64,000 nucleotides of DNA from an uncultured virus (IMG/VR IMGVR_UViG_3300008259_004339) (IMGVR_UViG_3300008259_004339:1-64000); one strand, 5' to 3'. Shown: positions 24,129-34,403, numbered from the stretch's first letter. Notes: generated from the sequence alone by a model not told the origin. Translations and numbers: made by a program.

Positions 24129-25736
24129 ATGATTAACTTGGATATCAAGTGGTCTGATCCAGTTCAAGTAGAAAAAAACGGAGACGTAACGTTTCAACGT
24201 GAATGGGTAATTACCCCATCTTACCTCAATCAGTTCTTTGCTTATTGGAAGGTAAATAAATTAATGTTGAAAAGCAAAGGTTACGGAGTCGTTAAAAGAG
24301 AACAAGACTGGATTCTTACACAGACCAATGATAATCCAACATTATTCAAAGATCCAAAAAAACCCAAACAAAAGGTAGATGAAGCTCTACCCTTATATGA
24401 AGTCAAAACTCCAGATGGATTGCGTCCTTGGCAAGTTGGTGCGGTAAGTAAGATAGTATCTTCAATTAAAAAATGGGGTGCTGCCGTTGATGGTAGTGAC
24501 GTAGGCATCGGCAAGACTTACACAGCAACAGCTGTAGCTAGAGAATTGAATATGGACATTATGATTGTATGTCCTAAAGCGGTTAAAGAAAGTTGGAAAC
24601 GGGTTATTAAAAATCACTTTAAGATGTGGGGTAAATGTGTAGGTATTACCAACTATGAAGCTCTACGTACTGGTAAATCGGATAATATGTTTGCATCATA
24701 TGTAAAACGTAGAGATACCCACCGTAAAGAATTCGTCTGGAAAGTTCCCAAAAATACTTTAATCGTTTGGGACGAAGCACAAAAACTAAAGAATGCCAAG
24801 ACCAAGAATAGTGAAATGTGTATGGCAGCTCTCAAACAAGGTTACAAGATGTTGTTTTGTAGTGCTACTATGGCTACCAATCCACTTGAACTACGCACAG
24901 TAGGACAATGTATTCAACTGTTCAAGAACAATAAACAATATTACGAATGGGCTTATGCACACGGTGTTACTAGAGGTAGATTTGGATTAGAATTTCGTGG
25001 TAATGTGGATGCTCTAAAGAAACTAAGCAATGACATATTTGTTAATAGAGGTATTCGTCTCAATCGCGATTCCATTCCTAACTTCCCAGAAAGTCAGATT
25101 ATTGCTGAATGTTATGAAATGGAAAAAGAAGACCAAGACAAAATCAATTCAGCATACGAAGAAATGCAACTTGAATTGTTGAAGATCGAAAAACTACTAA
25201 AAAAAGATAAAAGGAGTAGTGAACTTACAGCAATACTAAGAGCTAGACAAAGAGTAGAAATGATCAAAGTTCCACTTTTCGTTGAAATGGTGGAAGAAGC
25301 TCTAGAAAACAATATGAGTGTTGTTGTATTTCTAAACTTCTCAGAGACTATTGAGGCACTTAGTCAAAGGTTAAATACTAAATGTATTGTTAACGGTGAA
25401 GCTAAATATGCAAAAGCTCGTCAACAAAACATCGATGATTTTCAAGCAGATAAACAAAGGGTTATATTAATAAATCTCGCCGCTGGTGGTGCTGGTTTGA
25501 GTTTACACGATGTTACTGGTAAGTATCCTCGTTTGGCTTTGATCAGTCCATCTTACTCGGCTGTCAATATGAGACAGGCAACGGGTAGAGTATGGCGTGA
25601 CAGTGCAAAAAGTAAAAGTATACAAAAGATTGTGTTTGTGTCAGGCACAGTCGAAGAAAAAGTATGTAACAGTGTAAATCAAAAGTTAGCTAACTTGGAT
25701 TTACTTAACGATGGAGATATGAACTATGTTAAATAA
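24129..25736 (+). CDS. Superfamily 2 (SNF2-like) helicase
   Basis: LRPWQ, DVGIGKT (Walker A), WDEAQ, SAT, AGGAGLSL, QATGRVWR. Confidence 0.9.
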   Translation: MINLDIKWSDPVQVEKNGDVTFQREWVITPSYLNQFFAYWKVNKLMLKSKGYGVVKREQDWILTQTNDNPTLFKDPKKPKQKVDEALPLYEVKTPDGLRPWQVGAVSKIVSSIKKWGAAVDGSDVGIGKTYTATAVARELNMDIMIVCPKAVKESWKRVIKNHFKMWGKCVGITNYEALRTGKSDNMFASYVKRRDTHRKEFVWKVPKNTLIVWDEAQKLKNAKTKNSEMCMAALKQGYKMLFCSATMATNPLELRTVGQCIQLFKNNKQYYEWAYAHGVTRGRFGLEFRGNVDALKKLSNDIFVNRGIRLNRDSIPNFPESQIIAECYEMEKEDQDKINSAYEEMQLELLKIEKLLKKDKRSSELTAILRARQRVEMIKVPLFVEMVEEALENNMSVVVFLNFSETIEALSQRLNTKCIVNGEAKYAKARQQNIDDFQADKQRVILINLAAGGAGLSLHDVTGKYPRLALISPSYSAVNMRQATGRVWRDSAKSKSIQKIVFVSGTVEEKVCNSVNQKLANLDLLNDGDMNYVK

Positions 25737-26061
25737 AAATAATTACTTGGTTAAATCCGCAAACTGGTCTATGACGATATCAATTGACGAAACTATATTT
25801 GATGATCCTCATATAGAAGCTTGTACACGATGCATTGAAGATAAAATTAAAACTTTAAAAGAAGACGATGACTTTTTAGTTAATCCTATAATGGTTGTTA
25901 AATCATTAAAAAGGAAAAATAGCAAAGAAAAAATAGTAAATACATACAAAGTACTTTTGAATGCATCATTTCCATTTAGAGCGGAAACTCTACGTAGAGT
26001 ATTTTACAATAGCACTGAAATAGATTTAGCTAAAGAACCAATATCATCATCTAAATACTAA
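25726..26061 (+). CDS. Hypothetical protein
   Basis: 111-aa ORF overlapping the helicase end. Confidence 0.65.
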   Translation: MLNKNNYLVKSANWSMTISIDETIFDDPHIEACTRCIEDKIKTLKEDDDFLVNPIMVVKSLKRKNSKEKIVNTYKVLLNASFPFRAETLRRVFYNSTEIDLAKEPISSSKY

Positions 26062-26804
26062 TGAACAATATATTTGATAACGAAGAAATAACTCGAAAGT
26101 TAAAAGAACTTGAAGACCTTAAAATTAAAGTTGAGAAATTATTGTCATTGAGTGAAATTGGAGAAGACGTAAAACTTGAAATTGAACAAATAAGAATATT
26201 GCAGGGAAAAGGCATTACTATTCCCCACTTAGAAAACCAATATGCAGATCAGCTTTATCCAAAGCGTCCTACAGATGGTAAAAAAAGAAAACCAATTACC
26301 GAATCTGAAATATTAGAAGCAATCGAACGAACTGTTTCAGCTAGAAAAGCAGCAAAGTTTTTGGGAGTAAGTTATCCTACGTTTAAAATGTATGCTAAAA
26401 AATATGGCGTACACAAAACTAAAGGATGGCCTATTGTAAAAACTTCTCGTCCGCGTGGTCCAATTAATCCATATAGAGGAAAATATCCTATTAATGATAT
26501 ATTGGATGGTAAACATCCTGAGTTTCCAGTACATAGACTAAAAGATAAGTTGATTAGATCAGGCATCAAAAAAGCAGAATGTGAACAGTGTGAATTTAGA
26601 GAAAGACGTATACTTGATGGTAAGTTACCATTATTGTTAAATTTTGAAGACGGTAACAACAAGAATCATAAAATAGAAAATATGAGACTGCTTTGTTACA
26701 ATTGTACATTTACGAGTGGTAAAGGTTATATCAGCAAAGGACCAAAAATATTTGATCCTGATATACTACAAGATAGTAAAAAGATTTTGCGTCAGAGATT
26801 TTAA
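26061..26804 (+). CDS. HTH plus degenerate HNH nuclease-like protein
   Basis: SARKAAKFLGVSYPTFKMYAK (HTH); CEQCE...LLNFEDGNNKNHKIENMRLLCYNC. Confidence 0.75.
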   Translation: MNNIFDNEEITRKLKELEDLKIKVEKLLSLSEIGEDVKLEIEQIRILQGKGITIPHLENQYADQLYPKRPTDGKKRKPITESEILEAIERTVSARKAAKFLGVSYPTFKMYAKKYGVHKTKGWPIVKTSRPRGPINPYRGKYPINDILDGKHPEFPVHRLKDKLIRSGIKKAECEQCEFRERRILDGKLPLLLNFEDGNNKNHKIENMRLLCYNCTFTSGKGYISKGPKIFDPDILQDSKKILRQRF

Positions 26805-26824
26805 CAACTATACATAATATTACA

Positions 26825-27298
26825 ATGAATAATATAAATCATCTATTATCTCAAAATGGCATACTATCATCATTCAATATATGTAAAAAAGTAAGTCCCA
26901 CAAAAGTAAAGAATATAAAAAATAAGTTGTTGAAAAATGGTGTACCCGAAAATAAAATTGAAGATGAAGTGTATAAACATATTATAAATAATCACATAGA
27001 TGATTCAATAATTGATGATATACCAGGAATAATATTAGAAGGTGCGCCACCTAAAATCAAAATTTCTCCAGCAGTTCAAAAGAAAATAGCATCGGCATCA
27101 AATGAGATTAGTGAATATTTCAAAAAGAATAAATTTACAAAGGAAGAAATAATATTGTATATACAAGCTGTATTTTTTCTTTGTAGTATCACAAATGATG
27201 ATGTTGCGGATTTTAAAGAAAAATATAATATTAATAACAGAGAAGATGAAGACTATTTAGATGAAGAGGACGAAGACGAAGAATCAGGTTTTGAATGA
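26825..27298 (+). CDS. Hypothetical protein, acidic tail
   Basis: 157-aa ORF. Confidence 0.65.
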   Translation: MNNINHLLSQNGILSSFNICKKVSPTKVKNIKNKLLKNGVPENKIEDEVYKHIINNHIDDSIIDDIPGIILEGAPPKIKISPAVQKKIASASNEISEYFKKNKFTKEEIILYIQAVFFLCSITNDDVADFKEKYNINNREDEDYLDEEDEDEESGFE

Positions 27299-28410
27299 AA
27301 TATCTTATGGAAATATATAATATTAATGATGTTGTTCCGTTTATGGAAAACAAAAAAGTTGCATTTGTTACAGGTGTGACTGGTCAAGATGGCAGCTTTA
27401 TGGTAGATTATCTGTTGAAAAACACAGACTATTTCATCGTGGGGGGTGCTAGAAGACTAAGTATCAAAAATCACGAAAACATTAGACACTTAGAAAACAA
27501 CCCCAGATTTAAATTAGTTAACTTTGATTTGAGTGATGCACATAGTATTAGCAAAATTGTAGAAAAGTTAAAACCAGAGTACTTTATTAATTTGGCAGCA
27601 CAGACATTTGTTGGTAGTAGCTGGGACTTTCCAGCTCAAACTTGGGAATGTAATACTACTGGGGTAATTCACATCCTAGAAGCTATTCGTCAACATAAAC
27701 CAACTTGTAGATTCTATAACGCTGGTTCATCCGAAGAATATGGCAACGTCGCTTATGTGCCGCAAGATGAAAATCATCCATCCAAACCTCGTAGTCCATA
27801 TGGAGCAAGCAAATCAGCTGCTAGACAACTGGTTAAAGTGTATAGAGAAAGTTACAATTTGTATGCGGTACAAGGTTTGTTGTTTAATCACGAAGGTACC
27901 AGAAGAGGAGAAGAGTTTGTTACCCGTAAGATTACCAAGGGGGTAGCTAGAATTAAAAAAGCAATATCTGAAGGTAAATCGTTTCAACCAATTGAATTGG
28001 GTAATGTTAAAGCTAAAAGAGATTGGAGTGATGCCGAGGACTTTGTTGATGGTATTTGGAAAATGTTAAATCAAGAGACACCAAATGAATATGTACTTTC
28101 AAGCAATGAAACACATACTATTGCTGAGTTTGTATGGTATGCATTTAAAGCGGCTGATATTGATGGTGGGTGGCATGGAGAGGCTGAATCTGCTGAGTTT
28201 AGTATTACTACACAAGATGCAATAAAATATGAACCTGTATCTTCTGTATTAGTCAAGATCAATCCTAAATTTTATAGACCAGCGGAAGTGGATTTGTTGT
28301 TAGGAGACAGTACCAAAGCTAGAAACGAATTAAAGTGGGAACCAAAAACTTCATTTGAACAACTTGTTGATAAGATGGTTAAAAACGATCTTAAACAAAT
28401 CGGACTATGA
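27295..28410 (+). CDS. gmd: GDP-mannose 4,6-dehydratase
   Basis: VTGVTGQDGS, NLAAQ, PRSPYGASK, LFNHEG, FVTRKIT, RDW, FYRPAEVDLLLGD. Confidence 0.95.
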   Translation: MKYLMEIYNINDVVPFMENKKVAFVTGVTGQDGSFMVDYLLKNTDYFIVGGARRLSIKNHENIRHLENNPRFKLVNFDLSDAHSISKIVEKLKPEYFINLAAQTFVGSSWDFPAQTWECNTTGVIHILEAIRQHKPTCRFYNAGSSEEYGNVAYVPQDENHPSKPRSPYGASKSAARQLVKVYRESYNLYAVQGLLFNHEGTRRGEEFVTRKITKGVARIKKAISEGKSFQPIELGNVKAKRDWSDAEDFVDGIWKMLNQETPNEYVLSSNETHTIAEFVWYAFKAADIDGGWHGEAESAEFSITTQDAIKYEPVSSVLVKINPKFYRPAEVDLLLGDSTKARNELKWEPKTSFEQLVDKMVKNDLKQIGL

Positions 28411-28805
28411 GTGAATCCTATACATTATATAACGAAACAGTAATGGATCATTTTATAAACCCACGTAATATGGGTGATATAAAAGAAGCCGATGCTGTTG
28501 GCGAAGTTGGCGCAGCTGCTTGTGGAGACATAATGAAAATTAGTCTCAAAATAGATGAAACAACCAATCGTGTAATTGATGCTAGATTCAAGACGTTTGG
28601 TTGTGGTAGTGCTATAGCAGCTTCATCTATGGCTACAGAATTAATAAAAGGTAGAACAATAGAAGAACTTGAAAAAAACTTTAGTAATGATAATATAGTA
28701 GAAGCATTGGGTGGTTTACCACCAGTAAAAATTCATTGTTCGGTATTAGCACACGAAGCACTTAACGCAGCGTTAGAAGATTACAAAAAAAGAAAAGGAA
28801 TATAA
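28407..28805 (+). CDS. iscU: Fe-S cluster scaffold protein IscU/NifU
   Basis: DHFINPRNMG, ACGD, FKTFGCGSAIA, LPPVKIHCS. Confidence 0.95.
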   Translation: MSESYTLYNETVMDHFINPRNMGDIKEADAVGEVGAAACGDIMKISLKIDETTNRVIDARFKTFGCGSAIAASSMATELIKGRTIEELEKNFSNDNIVEALGGLPPVKIHCSVLAHEALNAALEDYKKRKGI

Positions 28806-28808
28806 ATT

Positions 28809-29069
28809 ATGTTTAATAACAAAATACAAGGAATGAATCAAACCCCAAATGTTAATTTTGGATTGAAAGATACACAATCGGTACAATGTACTGAATGTCA
28901 AGGCGCTGTTTTTCAAAACGGTGTTATGTTTAGAAAAGTAAGTAAAATCCTAGCTGGTACAGATAAAGACGCATTGGTACCAATTAATATACCATACTGT
29001 GTCAACTGTCTGGAACCATTGGATGAACTATTACCATCCGAATTGAGAAAACAAAAGTTCAGTCTTTAA
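28809..29069 (+). CDS. Small zinc-ribbon protein
   Basis: CTEC...RKVSKIL...YCVNC. Confidence 0.7.
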   Translation: MFNNKIQGMNQTPNVNFGLKDTQSVQCTECQGAVFQNGVMFRKVSKILAGTDKDALVPINIPYCVNCLEPLDELLPSELRKQKFSL

Positions 29070-29072
29070 AAC

Positions 29073-29096
29073 AAAACCCCCGAAAGGGGGTTTTTT
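29073..29096. terminator. Bidirectional Rho-independent terminator
   Basis: AAAACCCCC-GAAA-GGGGGTTTTTT between convergent genes. Confidence 0.9.
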
Positions 29097-30484
29097 CATT
29101 TATAATTGTATTTTTGTTTGATGGTTTTTGGATAGTACCGTAAAACATCCAAAACGTCTTTGTCATTATATGTTGCCCATTTTTGTCTATCATCATTATA
29201 CCAATTATGATACACCTCCATATTAAATGGAGATTCTAATGTGTAATTTATTAATGAATCGGTAATAGACAAAAATTCTTTTTCTGCGCCAAATTTACCG
29301 CATATGATTTTGTTACCAATCTTTTTAGCGGTATATGTACACAAACCAAACCCCTCACCTCTATTTAGAGTAAAATAAACATCTCCAAATTCGTGTATTA
29401 AGTTTATTTCATCGTCATTTAAGTCATCAAAGCAAAATATAATTGGTGGGATATTATCATACGTATTGAGAAGTTCTGCAAATTTATACTTCAACATTTC
29501 TTTTTGAGAAATGGTAAATTCTTTGAAATATGTTTTGATAAACAAACATACATTATCATCAGCTGTGAATTTTTTACAAAAAGTAGAAACAACTTGATTC
29601 AGGTTTTTTCGTTCGTTATACTGACTTATGTTATAATAAACGGTATTATTATCCAATATTGTTTTAATAAAAGAATCTGATTGAACATATCGGTTGTCTT
29701 GATATAAATAAAATTTATTTAAAACGTTGGATACATTTAAATCTTTATTGTTTACAAAGCTAAACACATCGTGATACCATATATTAATCTTTTTATTAAT
29801 ACCACTTTCTGTAAATGTCTTTTTATTAAAATGTGATGGCACAATTACTTCGTGTACAACACTAGAATTGATAAATTTCACCCAATCTTCGTGTAAGTGT
29901 GTTGTTTCCCAGGTTGTAAGGCCGTACACTTTTTTTGCAATTCTAAAATATTTTCCAACATCGTCCCACCCACTGGGGATGTTATGTACTATTATCGAAT
30001 CGTAAACTATATTAGGATCGTATTTATTTTCGCAGTTAAAAACTTCCAACTCCTCATCATTACACGGTTTATATGTAGAAGTTCCAAATAAATTATTTAT
30101 CCAATGAACTTTAAAATCGTTTTGTAATAATTGAAATATATAATTTCTAGCAGAATAGCTATATCCACTGTAATTATTTTGGGAAATATAAAGAACATTT
30201 TTTCCGTTTATAAAACTAAAATTTTTGAAAAGATGTGTAAATATTACTTCGTATGTATCAAGTCTTATTATTTTGAATATGATGTCATTTTTGAAAAAAT
30301 CTATACCTTTATTTAATCCCGAATAATATCCAGAATTAGCGTGTAGTTTTATAACTTCACTGTGTTGTGGTATTTTTGTAATATAATCCTCCCACAAAAA
30401 TAATGCTGGTACATTATCAATATCAGAATCAACCAAAACTTCAAGATTAAGAGGGGAGTTTTTAGCATTAATTAACTTTACCAT
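29096..30484 (-). CDS. GT-B (GT4-like) glycosyltransferase
   Basis: SGYSYSAR, TTWET, VIVPSHFNK, NERKN, RGEGFGL. Confidence 0.85.
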   Translation of the reverse strand: MVKLINAKNSPLNLEVLVDSDIDNVPALFLWEDYITKIPQHSEVIKLHANSGYYSGLNKGIDFFKNDIIFKIIRLDTYEVIFTHLFKNFSFINGKNVLYISQNNYSGYSYSARNYIFQLLQNDFKVHWINNLFGTSTYKPCNDEELEVFNCENKYDPNIVYDSIIVHNIPSGWDDVGKYFRIAKKVYGLTTWETTHLHEDWVKFINSSVVHEVIVPSHFNKKTFTESGINKKINIWYHDVFSFVNNKDLNVSNVLNKFYLYQDNRYVQSDSFIKTILDNNTVYYNISQYNERKNLNQVVSTFCKKFTADDNVCLFIKTYFKEFTISQKEMLKYKFAELLNTYDNIPPIIFCFDDLNDDEINLIHEFGDVYFTLNRGEGFGLCTYTAKKIGNKIICGKFGAEKEFLSITDSLINYTLESPFNMEVYHNWYNDDRQKWATYNDKDVLDVLRYYPKTIKQKYNYK

Positions 30485-30505
30485 AACAAAAATAACTATC
30501 TTAAA

Positions 30506-30841
30506 CTAGTCAAGTAACATTTTTTTATTATTTACTTTTTCTACGATTCCCATTTTATTCTTCAACATTCGTAATGTTGACTTAGGATTCATTTTACCAA
30601 AGTTAAATCCCATTATACCATATTGTTGACAAAACTCTTCCAATGCTTCTATATCTTTAGGATCATACTGTTCTACTTCGGCATTAATATAACCATTATC
30701 ATCTGATGTATTTGATTGTTTACGTCTCAACATAGCTTGATATGGGTCAAAAGCATTAATAGATGATACAGGCGCACTCTGTTGACGCATTACCATCATA
30801 GCTTGTAAGTTACCCATTGGTACTGTTGGCCATTCATTCAT
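30506..30841 (-). CDS. Hypothetical protein
   Basis: 111-aa ORF. Confidence 0.65.
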   Translation of the reverse strand: MNEWPTVPMGNLQAMMVMRQQSAPVSSINAFDPYQAMLRRKQSNTSDDNGYINAEVEQYDPKDIEALEEFCQQYGIMGFNFGKMNPKSTLRMLKNKMGIVEKVNNKKMLLD

Positions 30842-30844
30842 AAC

Positions 30845-32401
30845 TTAGAAATAAGTTGTAAAACCAAAGTATTCTCCGAGAGGCTTTAACGATTCTAATT
30901 TAAGAAACCGATGTCTGCCTATATCAGCGACAACTTTATCTTTACTATACCAAGATGGTAATTTACCGCCGGATCGTTGTTGTGTGGTTACATTTAAAAA
31001 ATGATTTGCACCTTTAGTAATGTCTTTTAAAGAACCACTTTTTGCTTTATTAACTAAATCGAGTGCGAGTTTAAATCTTGTATGACTCTTCTTTGAATCG
31101 ATATATTTTTTAATATCATTGATATCTTTTTTATTAACTTTATTCCATCCGCTAAATTGATATGGTTTTAAACATTGCATCGATGCTTTTCTAATGTCTC
31201 CGTTAACACGATTCATAATTACATTTAAAACAGCTTGCATACCCTCGTAAGCATTCTTTTCTCCACCAGCTTCGTCTACGATTGTAGCAGCAATAACATC
31301 TTCAACTGTGTATGGTTGATTCTGAGAAGGTTTTTGAACATTTTGAGTTACTGTAGCTTGATTTGCGGGTTTTATTTTAGCCGCATCAACATCTCCAGAC
31401 ATTGCACCCAATCCAATTGCTCCTGCAGCAACCCAGTCTTTCCAACCTTCTTCAAGATTATGCGCAATTTTCACTTCATCAAACTTTCTGCCTTGTGGAC
31501 CAAAATGGTCTAGATGATGATAAACATCATCCAAATATTCACCGGCTAAGTTTAACTTAGCTTTTACCCAATCCTCCAACTCAGAGTTTGGTTGTAACAT
31601 TGTTTCCAATTCTTTAGCATCACTGTTAAGTTGTTTCAAAGCACCCATAGCCATACTGCTATTGAATTCTTTTAACATATGACGTACAACCGCTTCATAT
31701 ATTTCTTTTACTGGTTTACTCTTTGTCTTTTTACCCATCTGTCTTAGTCTTCTAGCTTTACAATGTGCCTTTTGACTAAAACCTTTGGGGTTGTTACAAT
31801 TTATACGCTTTTTATACTTATTTGTCCATTTTTCATCTATCTGATCGTCAGAAGTACCAGCTTCTTTTTCATCCCGATAAAACTTCAAATAATCACGTAC
31901 CGTAGCCACATAATCGCATGCGTGATTTAACTTGGCTTTTACCCAATCTTCCAAGTTATCATTTACATCAAACATCGATTGTAGTTTTTCACTATAATCA
32001 ATAATTTTAGTAACATCACTTTGAGCCATTTCTGCGTTTTCCGACTTTAAATTATTAACTTGATGTTTAATACGATTTATTTCAGACATAATTTCATTTA
32101 AAGATCGATCTTCCCAATTATTAAGATCTATTTTACCTGTTTGATGTAACTTAACTAAATCACTATGATTGAACGAATGCTTTAACAAACCTTTTAATTT
32201 GGTTGTCAATTCTGGAAATCTATCACCCAAACCAACAATAACAGACCCAACAGAACTTTGCGTAACAATGTCGCCAGTAGGTATTTTACCTTTTCCAATT
32301 GCTTTTATTTTTTCAAGTTTTGAAATCATTTTTAAAGCATAATCTTTATACTTTTGAAATGCTTTATAATTTGCTAACGCTGAATTGTCTGTTTCGTTCA
32401 T
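30845..32401 (-). CDS. Modular virion-type protein with duplicated LEDWVKAKL domain and C-terminal SleB-like cell wall hydrolase
   Basis: Two LEDWVKAKLN modules, KWTNKYKKRINCNNPKGFSQKAHC module, IAATIVDEAGGE...VLNVIMNR...QFSGWN...KGANHF...IGRHRF. Confidence 0.8.
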   Translation of the reverse strand: MNETDNSALANYKAFQKYKDYALKMISKLEKIKAIGKGKIPTGDIVTQSSVGSVIVGLGDRFPELTTKLKGLLKHSFNHSDLVKLHQTGKIDLNNWEDRSLNEIMSEINRIKHQVNNLKSENAEMAQSDVTKIIDYSEKLQSMFDVNDNLEDWVKAKLNHACDYVATVRDYLKFYRDEKEAGTSDDQIDEKWTNKYKKRINCNNPKGFSQKAHCKARRLRQMGKKTKSKPVKEIYEAVVRHMLKEFNSSMAMGALKQLNSDAKELETMLQPNSELEDWVKAKLNLAGEYLDDVYHHLDHFGPQGRKFDEVKIAHNLEEGWKDWVAAGAIGLGAMSGDVDAAKIKPANQATVTQNVQKPSQNQPYTVEDVIAATIVDEAGGEKNAYEGMQAVLNVIMNRVNGDIRKASMQCLKPYQFSGWNKVNKKDINDIKKYIDSKKSHTRFKLALDLVNKAKSGSLKDITKGANHFLNVTTQQRSGGKLPSWYSKDKVVADIGRHRFLKLESLKPLGEYFGFTTYF

Positions 32402-32418
32402 AGATCTTAATTTGAATA

Positions 32419-33675
32419 TTATTCTAGACTTTCTTTTAACTTACGAAGTGTTTTAGCCAATCTTGCTCTTTGGCCCATTTTTCCACCTTTTTTTGCAGCT
32501 GCGGCTAATTTTTTAGCTGGAATCTTTTCTCCAGCTGGAACGTGTAACGCTTTCTTCAAAGCGCCTGGTTTGCTAATGGCTTTTTGTATCCATTGTTTTT
32601 TAGCTTCATCCATTGAATCGGATTCGTCGGATGTAACATCATCAACAGATTCACCACTTTCGCCACCAGCCTTAATTGGCAATTGATCGCTGCTCATATT
32701 ATCAGCTTTAGCTTCCACATCATCTTCAGCGGGTACTACGGCATTTGCATCTTCTGGTCCAGCTGGAGTTTGTTCTGCATCTTCTCCCGCAGGAGTTAAT
32801 TGTGTCATTAATAAATCGTGTAGTTTTTGAGCAAGTTCACGATCCAATGTAATAGTTACAGATTCTTTTTCTGCATCTACATTAACATCATCTTGTTCCA
32901 TTTCACGAATCATTTTTTTGATAGCTTCTTTTAGTTGTTGTTTATTCATAGTTTGTTTGCTTTCTGCATATCCGACAAAATCATATCCACTGCCATTTGT
33001 ACCAGATCCAGTCATTGTTGCATCTGATGGAAATGGACTTTCCATAGCTTGAGCTGGATAAGATTCACTCATTCTCCAACCGCCGCCTTTTCTCTTGTAC
33101 CATTTAGCGGCCCAACCATTAGCATAAGCTGAAGGATAAACATCAAATTTAGATCTTGCTGCGGATTTGGCTCTAGACCATAAAGCAGGATTGGTTGGCT
33201 TCGGTTTTCTTTTACCTTTGCCTTTCTTTCTTCTTTTCTTTTCGTCCAATAAAGCTTCTTCTAAGCTATTAAAAGTTTGACCTTCCAATTCGATGTCAAT
33301 AGTCTTATTTACAATGGGTTTACTGCGTCTTCCATCAACTTCTCCATTTGACGTACCACCAATAGATCCACCCATATTTCCTTTTTTTAATCCACCCATA
33401 CCAATTCTTGCTGGATCATTTAAACTTGAATTGGGGTCACCAAATCCAGAACTAGTACCTGCTTGAAATTCCTTAGCCAATCCAGCATTAACTAATTTTG
33501 TATAATACTTAGGATCTTCGGTTAAATGATCCACAGCAATTTCTTTAGCAATTTCTACATCATTGGTATGTTCCATCTCAATTTGTATACCGGTACTTAG
33601 TTGAGTAGGATCAACTTGATCTGGTGGTGTACTGTCACCTTCTCCTCCTGGTAATTTTAATAAATTATTAATCAT
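32419..33675 (-). CDS. Modular putative virion-internal protein
   Basis: Modules GIQIEMEHT...DHLTEDPKYYTKL; PTNPALWSRAK...YPSAYANGWAAKWYK; WIQKAISKPGALK...RARLAKTL separated by L/M-x-E linkers. Confidence 0.75.
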   Translation of the reverse strand: MINNLLKLPGGEGDSTPPDQVDPTQLSTGIQIEMEHTNDVEIAKEIAVDHLTEDPKYYTKLVNAGLAKEFQAGTSSGFGDPNSSLNDPARIGMGGLKKGNMGGSIGGTSNGEVDGRRSKPIVNKTIDIELEGQTFNSLEEALLDEKKRRKKGKGKRKPKPTNPALWSRAKSAARSKFDVYPSAYANGWAAKWYKRKGGGWRMSESYPAQAMESPFPSDATMTGSGTNGSGYDFVGYAESKQTMNKQQLKEAIKKMIREMEQDDVNVDAEKESVTITLDRELAQKLHDLLMTQLTPAGEDAEQTPAGPEDANAVVPAEDDVEAKADNMSSDQLPIKAGGESGESVDDVTSDESDSMDEAKKQWIQKAISKPGALKKALHVPAGEKIPAKKLAAAAKKGGKMGQRARLAKTLRKLKESLE

Positions 33676-33868
33676 TCTTTAGTCCTTGTTGAAATTTTGA
33701 AAAGCTTTTACCACTACCAGCTCCTGGATCAATCATCCATCTACGACCTCTCATTGGATCGCTACCAACACTTGGATCGTGAAATCTGCCGTCGCCAATA
33801 TAGTGCCAACCTTTGTGAAGTGGATCGGCCTTACGGTATGTGGGTTTATCTTTAGCAAAGTTAGCCAT
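33668..33868 (-). CDS. Small hypothetical protein
   Basis: 66-aa ORF tightly packed between neighbours. Confidence 0.6.
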   Translation of the reverse strand: MANFAKDKPTYRKADPLHKGWHYIGDGRFHDPSVGSDPMRGRRWMIDPGAGSGKSFSKFQQGLKND

Positions 33869-33869
33869 A

Positions 33870-34403
33870 TTAGTTCCAGTTTCTACGTTGTTTTTTTGCT
33901 TCGTGCAAATTTCTCATTATTTCAGCTATAGCTTTTTCTTGTGGGGTACGATAATCTGTTTCATCTATCTTTTCAGGTTCATCTGTTATATCCAACATAT
34001 GAAGTTTACTGTAGTATTGAGGATCTTTCTTTAGATTATTCACAACATTTTGTTTAGCCACTTGTTTATCTTTTAGCACAAGTTTCTTCATTTCATAATC
34101 AATACCCATAATAACTTCATCAGGAGTTACTTTGTATTTGATTTTTTCAACATCTCCCACATAATCTCTAGGATTTTGACCAGTATATGGACCAAATGGA
34201 GTTACTTTTGACATTGAATCTTTAGCACTAACTGTAATTTTACTTTTATCTGTCAGTGTGCCAAAATGATTTGGATCTTGAGATACGTCGGGACTCGCAA
34301 AGGTAGATAAATCAGAAGCACCAGAAACAGCTCCTCCTTGAGCGAAAGGTAAACCTTGCATCATTCTGTCGCCGAGATCCCCCAATTCTTGTAGTTTAGA
34401 CAT
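33870..34403 (-). CDS. Hypothetical protein with module paralogous to the 32419-33675 N-terminus
   Basis: GIDYEMKK...NLKKDPQYYSKL; ATATTTATA upstream. Confidence 0.7.
   Translation of the reverse strand: MSKLQELGDLGDRMMQGLPFAQGGAVSGASDLSTFASPDVSQDPNHFGTLTDKSKITVSAKDSMSKVTPFGPYTGQNPRDYVGDVEKIKYKVTPDEVIMGIDYEMKKLVLKDKQVAKQNVVNNLKKDPQYYSKLHMLDITDEPEKIDETDYRTPQEKAIAEIMRNLHEAKKQRRNWN

Noticed and set aside
31510..32030. Diversity-generating retroelement template/variable repeat
   Set aside because: The duplicated LEDWVKAKL module is a diverged protein repeat, differences are not adenine-specific, and there is no reverse transcriptase in the window
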